Below, piece after piece: positions 59,037-64,000 of a DNA stretch of 64,000 nt. The translations under genes and the position numbers were made by a program. The stretch is from contig CBDCTA010000004.1 in assembly GCA_965221955.1 (NCBI GenBank), positions 1 to 64,000 of the forward strand. The letters are read 5' to 3'. Positions within the stretch are counted from its first letter, which is position 1; each line of letters begins with the position of its first letter. Below the pieces are notes generated by a model. The model searched no databases, was not told the DNA's origin, and worked only from the letters and a program-made list of their open reading frames with translations. This stretch comes from Gammaproteobacteria bacterium. GTDB taxonomy: Bacteria; Pseudomonadota; Gammaproteobacteria; UBA4575.

Positions 59037-59684
59037 CTAAAGGTATTGTTTTAAATCATGAATCAGTGATGCCAATTTTTGATCCAGCATCACCACTGCA
59101 TTTTTCCATTTAGAGCGAGCATCGCAGTTATCTTTTATATTAGCTGCAGAGAGTTCCTTCTCGCGTATTAAAATACCAGATTGAGTAAGAAATACGGTAT
59201 ACAGAACATCTGGTAACATTTTTTCATAAGCAGAACTACCGTAGACAGTATCGACGGGTGGGAATCGATTGTCGTATTGTTCTGCGAGTTTGCTTAGATC
59301 AAGTGTAGAGTTGGTTTTTAATTCATGTGCGATATGAAGTTTTGAGTTTTCGTCGCTTATGTTCGCATACCGGCCAGATAATCTATCAAGGCGATACATT
59401 GCATCTAAACCAAATAAAGTAGCCCAAGACTTCCATTTTAGAAATTGGGAATCAATGCGCCATTCATCACCATAAATCTTATAGATATTTTCTTCACAAG
59501 AATTGCCCAACCTAAGTGTTGCATCAAATTCTTGATTGTTTATTTGCGAGAATGTGAGCTGAGCGATGGGTTTTTCTAGCGTTAATCTTTTATAGGTGTA
59601 CAGATTACCTAAAGTTAAAAAAGCTAAAACAAGCAAAACGAGAACAGACAGCTTGAGAAGCTTTTTTGTGATGAGTTTAAGCAT
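59037..59684 (-). CDS. Conserved-looking hypothetical membrane-anchored protein
   Basis: N-terminal TM; GDEWRID...LKW...YRLDRLSGRY, VDTVYGS. Confidence 0.65.
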   Translation of the reverse strand: MLKLITKKLLKLSVLVLLVLAFLTLGNLYTYKRLTLEKPIAQLTFSQINNQEFDATLRLGNSCEENIYKIYGDEWRIDSQFLKWKSWATLFGLDAMYRLDRLSGRYANISDENSKLHIAHELKTNSTLDLSKLAEQYDNRFPPVDTVYGSSAYEKMLPDVLYTVFLTQSGILIREKELSAANIKDNCDARSKWKNAVVMLDQKLASLIHDLKQYL

Positions 59685-59806
59685 GTCAGAACTCTAGCAG
59701 TAATCTAATGAATCACTGAGCAAATCATTATGATAGGTAGTGTATTTATTAACTAATGGTGAGAGGGCTTGCTTCTATATATATATGAATAACTTACATA
59801 TATTAT

Positions 59807-59834
59807 ATTTAACATAATATATATTATGCGAAGT
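59807..59834 (-). other. dif: dif site (XerC/XerD chromosome-dimer resolution)
   Basis: Minus strand ACTTCGCATAA-TATATA-TTATGTTAAAT versus E. coli GGTGCGCATAA-TGTATA-TTATGTTAAAT; XerD arm identical; intergenic. Confidence 0.9.
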
Positions 59835-60123
59835 TATATATAGGGCTACTGCTTCCTGCTATAGCTCTTACCTTACAGAAATTAATCAATGAAACGCCTC
59901 CTTTCCATTCGTATATAGCTGTTGCTTGTATTGATTTATACAGTAAGTGCTATTCAAGACACTAACCGTATACTCCTCGAGTAATACGTAGATCTTACTT
60001 ATCCTATTGATATTTCAATATATTTCCCAAGTTTATCCATTAATTAATAATATTTAATGGTATAAGTATAAAATTATATTAGTATGTACTAATACTTTTA
60101 TTAATAAACAGGGGTAAGTTCCA

Positions 60124-60738
60124 ATGAAATCCTTTATCACTTCTTTTAAATACACGCTTGCAGCATTAGTAGCTGTACTTTTAATCAGTCTCTCAACGGT
60201 TGTTTTTGGAGAATCTAAAGATTCTGAAGAGCAAGCAATTACAGCAAATACTGAAGAATGCAAATTCAAAGCCTATACAGACCCACAAAAAATGGCGGCT
60301 GCAATGGCGAACCCAACTGAATTTATGCAGCTTGTAGCATTAATGAGCCAACCTCAGACCTACCAAAACATGATGGAATGTGGAATGGACACTGCACAAT
60401 GGAATGAAATTGTTGCCAACATGAGTAATCCAGCTACGTATATGGCTGCTTCTGGTCAATTCATGAACCCACAAATGTACATGAATTGGATGACCGCAAT
60501 GATGAACCCAGCTTTCTATACTGCTGCAATGACTCCTTACATGAACCCAGCACTTTATACACAGTGGATGACTGCGATGATGAACCCTGCGTTTTATCAA
60601 GCACCTATGCAAGCAATGGATCCTAAGTGGCAACAAGAAACCACTGCATGGATGATGGACCCTGCAAACTTCCAAAAGATGTTTGAAGGTATGACTGCTT
60701 ACGCACCCGTTGTAGCAGACGCTACACCGGCTAAGTAA
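60124..60738 (+). CDS. Exported Met-rich repeat protein (MNP repeats)
   Basis: Signal peptide; WMTAMMNPAFY twice, many M[ND]P units. Confidence 0.75.
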   Translation: MKSFITSFKYTLAALVAVLLISLSTVVFGESKDSEEQAITANTEECKFKAYTDPQKMAAAMANPTEFMQLVALMSQPQTYQNMMECGMDTAQWNEIVANMSNPATYMAASGQFMNPQMYMNWMTAMMNPAFYTAAMTPYMNPALYTQWMTAMMNPAFYQAPMQAMDPKWQQETTAWMMDPANFQKMFEGMTAYAPVVADATPAK

Positions 60739-60739
60739 G

Positions 60740-60865
60740 TTACAGGAAGTAAATTTAAATTTGCAGGAAGCAATCGGGATGTCATTGACTCTCAGGAACT
60801 AGAGTAGAAACTACACTCCCTTGTACTAAGCCTCGATGAAGTAATTTATCGGGGCTTTTTTATTT
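60740..60865 (+). ncRNA. Candidate CsrB/RsmZ-like CsrA-binding RNA with terminator
   Basis: GGA in four hairpin loops (ttac-AGGAA-gtaa, ttgc-AGGAA-gcaa, caat-cGGGAtgtc-attg, actct-cAGGAact-agagt), then a stem and T tract. Confidence 0.55.
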
Positions 60866-60893
60866 AATAACCTCAACCCGCAAATTAATAATT

Positions 60894-61559
60894 ATGAATA
60901 AAATTAAAGCCTATGTTTTCAACGCGTATGGAGCATTGTTAGACACCTACTTGCCCTTTGAAGAATATAAAGAAGAATTGGGTGAAAATGCACTTGTGAT
61001 TTATAAGCTTTGGCGTGCAAAACGTTTGCAGTATTCTTCACAACTTACATTAATGAATCAATTCACAAATTACGAAAAAATTCGTAAATATGCACTTGAT
61101 TTTGCATGTGCGGTATATGGTGTGGAAGACGAAGATATTAAGAAGAAAATTTTTGAAGCTCATTCAGAATTAGTTTGTTACCCCGATGTAAAAGATGTGC
61201 TGACCAAACTCAAAGAAAACAATGCGAAAATTGCCGTGTTATCTAACGGAACGCCACAAAATCTCAGCGCGGCCCTTAAACATGCCGGCATTAGTGATTT
61301 ACTTGATAGTGTGTATTCAACGGAGCAAGTGCGCAGTTATAAGCCCTCCCCTGCGGTGTATGAATATGTAGAAGAACAACTTGCTTTGCCCAGAAACAAA
61401 ATTTGTTTTGTTTCTTCTAATTCGTGGGATATTGCAGGTGCTGCATCCTATGGGTTTAGTTCCGTATGGATTAACCGTTACAACCGAACGCCAGAGAAGC
61501 TTCCCTTTGAGGCGGACTATGAAATCAAAGCGCTGTCTGAACTGCATTCGCTAGTCTAA
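60894..61559 (+). CDS. Type II haloacid dehalogenase family protein (nucleophile Asp replaced by Asn)
   Basis: VFNAYGALLD, WRAKRLQYS, LSNG, YKP.PAVY, FVSSNSWDIAGA. Confidence 0.85.
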   Translation: MNKIKAYVFNAYGALLDTYLPFEEYKEELGENALVIYKLWRAKRLQYSSQLTLMNQFTNYEKIRKYALDFACAVYGVEDEDIKKKIFEAHSELVCYPDVKDVLTKLKENNAKIAVLSNGTPQNLSAALKHAGISDLLDSVYSTEQVRSYKPSPAVYEYVEEQLALPRNKICFVSSNSWDIAGAASYGFSSVWINRYNRTPEKLPFEADYEIKALSELHSLV

Positions 61560-61582
61560 CTAATTAGCTTGAATGAATTGTT

Positions 61583-61688
61583 TTAGTGCAACGTTGCACT
61601 AAGTTTGCTCATGAGTAGTAGTTTTATTTTAAGTTTTTATGACAACATGCTGATTTAATAAAGACATAATAATTGGCATGTATGTTGC
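61583..61688 (+). promoter_or_regulatory. Sigma-54 promoter with upstream palindromic enhancer
   Basis: TGGCATGTATGTTGC (GG-N10-GC) at 61674-61688; perfect palindrome TTAGTGCAACGTTGCACTAA at 61583-61602. Confidence 0.65.
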
Positions 61689-61730
61689 TAACTATTAATT
61701 ATCTAGATTTAAAACATAGGTTAGAGAGAA

Positions 61731-61922
61731 ATGAAAAACATTGAATTAAAATTTATTACACTTTTAGCGCTGCTTGGTTTAGCGGTCGTGGTTTATACTT
61801 CGACGCCTATTACAGCAACAGAAAAGTCGAATTCAACAGATCGTTATTTAATGACAGAACCCTTCTCTTCTGGTGCAATATTATCGTATTCTTCATTAGA
61901 AGATTCGCCCAATGAAAGTTAA
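61731..61922 (+). CDS. Small exported/membrane-anchored hypothetical protein
   Basis: Signal-like N-terminus; follows the sigma-54 promoter. Confidence 0.55.
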   Translation: MKNIELKFITLLALLGLAVVVYTSTPITATEKSNSTDRYLMTEPFSSGAILSYSSLEDSPNES

Positions 61923-61936
61923 AGTTAAATAAGTAA

Positions 61937-62611
61937 TTAAGATTTGGTAATTGGAACTAATGCAATCTCAACTCTTCGATTGAGTGCTCGCCCTTCTTTG
62001 GTGCTGTTATCTGCAACAGGATAATTTTCACCATGACCATAAGTACCAAGCCTAAGTGGTTCAACGTCACGACTTTGAAAATAATTGGAGACACTTCTAG
62101 CACGTCGCTCAGATAATACTTGGTTATATTCATCACTACCTGTACTGTCTGTATGCCCCATAATTTCAATGAGTGTTTTATCGTATTCTTGTACTACTAA
62201 CGTTACAGAATCTAATACTGCAAAAAAATCACCATTAATGTCGGCACTATCTACAGCAAAGGTTATGTTCCCGGGCATATTCAGGATGATATTATCGCCT
62301 TGCCTGGTAACACTCACGCCTGTGCCTTCTAGCTTCTGACGTAACTTGGCTTCTTGTACATCCATGTAATAACCCACTGCACCGCCTGCTAGCGCACCTA
62401 GTCCAGCACCAATCAATGCATGTTTACGTCGCTCTCTACTATCGTCACCTGTAATAAGCCCAACTACTGCACCTACAGCTGCACCTGCACCCGCTCCAAT
62501 CACAGCTTTACTCACTTGCTTTTCACGAGTGTAAGGATTTGTCGTACTACAAGATGAGCTTAGGATCATTATTAGCAATACGGCAATACTCACGATTATT
62601 CTGCTAAACAT
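61937..62611 (-). CDS. OmpA-family lipoprotein (YiaD-like, glycine zipper)
   Basis: Lipobox-like SSSC, GAGAGAAVG zipper, YMDVQEAKLR, GHTDSTGS, NRRVEI. Confidence 0.9.
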   Translation of the reverse strand: MFSRIIVSIAVLLIMILSSSCSTTNPYTREKQVSKAVIGAGAGAAVGAVVGLITGDDSRERRKHALIGAGLGALAGGAVGYYMDVQEAKLRQKLEGTGVSVTRQGDNIILNMPGNITFAVDSADINGDFFAVLDSVTLVVQEYDKTLIEIMGHTDSTGSDEYNQVLSERRARSVSNYFQSRDVEPLRLGTYGHGENYPVADNSTKEGRALNRRVEIALVPITKS

Positions 62612-62688
62612 TAGCGACCTTCCTTTTAGAGAAATTAGATTCAATGAATAAAGATTACGGCTTTAATAAAAGCAGTCAACTTGTTTTA

Positions 62689-63027
62689 TTAAAGGTCAGT
62701 CAAATATTTATCTAACTGATTTGATCGGTATTGTTGTTCATCATTTTTATATAATCGTTCTTTTTCATGGCGTAGCCGGTCCTTTTCACGATGGATGTAT
62801 AATCTTTTTTCATTTAAACGAGTGAGTTCTCGCTGTAACAACGATTCCTTATGATTGATTTTTTCTAACTCGTAATTTAATCGCTCATATTGTTCATCAA
62901 TATAATTAACATGAGTTTGATACTCATCATTATAATGGTCATGATGAGGACAATATTCGTACTCACTGGCATATAGTTTTGAAAAAACTAAACATGCAAT
63001 AAGGCCAAAAAACAAAGTAATTTTCAT
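62689..63027 (-). CDS. Exported hypothetical coiled-coil protein
   Basis: Signal peptide, CPHHDH, charged heptads. Confidence 0.55.
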   Translation of the reverse strand: MKITLFFGLIACLVFSKLYASEYEYCPHHDHYNDEYQTHVNYIDEQYERLNYELEKINHKESLLQRELTRLNEKRLYIHREKDRLRHEKERLYKNDEQQYRSNQLDKYLTDL

Positions 63028-63061
63028 ATTAAACCCCCTAAGTTCTCATTTTCCCCTTTGA

Positions 63062-63391
63062 TCAATGATGACAATACTTGTGACCATAATCATGGTGATA
63101 ACTATGATGTGGTCTATAATGTGAGTGATAGCCTTTATAGTGATGACGTTTGTGATGCTTATGGTGTCCGCGACCTCTATGATACTTTGGCTTGTGATAA
63201 TAATGATGATGTTCTACATAATGAGGGCGTTTATACCTATGTCCGTAATCGTTATAACCAATTGAAATATTCCAAGGATAGTCATAAATTCCAATATTGC
63301 CGTACACACCTCCACTAGCGTGCGACGGAGTAGCTAAGGCTAAGATGGACAAACCAATTACACTAAAAAGAATTCGTTTATACACTTTCAT
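63062..63391 (-). CDS. Exported His/Tyr-rich low-complexity protein
   Basis: Signal peptide ending PSHA; HHHYYH...HHKHHKRHH...HHDYGHKYCHH; GGAG RBS. Confidence 0.7.
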   Translation of the reverse strand: MKVYKRILFSVIGLSILALATPSHASGGVYGNIGIYDYPWNISIGYNDYGHRYKRPHYVEHHHYYHKPKYHRGRGHHKHHKRHHYKGYHSHYRPHHSYHHDYGHKYCHH

Positions 63392-63704
63392 ATCTATCTC
63401 CCAATTAGAAAAACATTACTGGTATAACTTATAACGTTGGTTTCTCAGAATAGGTTGACAAATGCATTACCTTTTAAAGGAATGATTATATAAGGTATTG
63501 ATATTTATAAAGTAATTGTTTTCACTCCAGGAACAAGAACTTTTCCCTATAGATTAATAGAGAGAGGAATATTTGAATGTCCGTTACAGGCAGTTAACGG
63601 TTATTCTGTCACTGGAAACTTGGATTTAGAAGCCAGGTTCGTTCTATCAAAACATCTGCTTTTTGCCGAAAGCAGAAAAATAAATTCGAAGATATTTTTT
63701 GTGT

Positions 63705-64000
63705 TTAAGCGGCTTTAATTTTTGCCTGTCCTTGCAAGATGTAACTTACCGCTTGATCTGCAGAGAGCACTGGACAAACAATTCTATTTAACCTGTTCAT
63801 GGTTGGAATATCATCCGCTGGATCTTGGCATGAACAGGCATCACCAATCACGATTGGCATATACCCTTCATCTCTCGCTGCACGCGAGTTTCCTTCAATA
63901 CACCAATCCAAGTGTATGCCACAGAATACAAGAGTTTTTATACCTGCTCGTTCAAGCATTAATTTTAATGGTGTGCCCACAAAAGAGCTTTGGTGGGCAT
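63705..64000 (-). CDS. Isochorismatase/cysteine hydrolase family (5' end beyond the window)
   Basis: SSFVGTPL..ML...GIKTLVFCGIHLDWCIE...R.A.D.GY...IGDAC; frame stays open to the window edge. Confidence 0.8.
   Translation of the reverse strand, partial: AHQSSFVGTPLKLMLERAGIKTLVFCGIHLDWCIEGNSRAARDEGYMPIVIGDACSCQDPADDIPTMNRLNRIVCPVLSADQAVSYILQGQAKIKAA

Noticed and set aside
60420-60670. Tandem DNA repeats resembling a CRISPR array
   Set aside because: Imperfect in-frame coding repeats of the Met-rich protein; no constant repeat-spacer structure and no cas genes in the window
2298-63318. Numerous short ORFs antisense to or nested in well-supported genes (for example 2298-2612, 5885-6754, 11904-12275, 35990-36742, 60340-60675, 63058-63318)
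   Set aside because: Shadow ORFs with no recognisable motifs

Overview
AT-rich gammaproteobacterial chromosome segment that includes the probable replication terminus: a 28-bp dif site at 59807-59834, with KOPS-like octamers changing strand across it. The left core has yajQ, tRNA-Ser, yccA, dihydroorotase, rne, rluC, sppA, maf, yceD, rpmF, plsX, fabH, udg, uvrC, pgsA and tRNA-Gly. The right core has tRNA-Cys, tRNA-Leu, fur, a P450, ExeA-FHA, yadHG, an M17 peptidase, dusA and fadL. The tRNA-Gly/Cys/Leu trio, contiguous in E. coli, is split by a ~29.5 kb accessory region. Its centre (25.1-43.2 kb) is bracketed by two decayed copies of a tyrosine-integrase fragment that the ORF track does not show. 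Between them lies an unusual Tad-like pilus locus with no secretin or prepilin peptidase, two CpaF ATPases (one FHA-fused), non-canonical pilins, a membrane Ser/Thr kinase-FGE protein, a degenerate FHA-TPR protein, a DUF4384-like/OmpA protein and two exported caspase-family proteases. This locus is the best candidate for an undescribed system. Other unannotated signals are a CsrB/RsmZ-like GGA-hairpin RNA, a family of N10-loop hairpins flanking a cassette-like gene, an EF-hand pseudogene, a sigma-54 promoter with a palindromic enhancer and several operator palindromes. Four single-base homopolymer indels (rluC, tRNA-Gly, the TorT-like gene, tRNA-Leu) point to sequencing or consensus errors. 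All domain calls are by eye from motifs; no searches were run.
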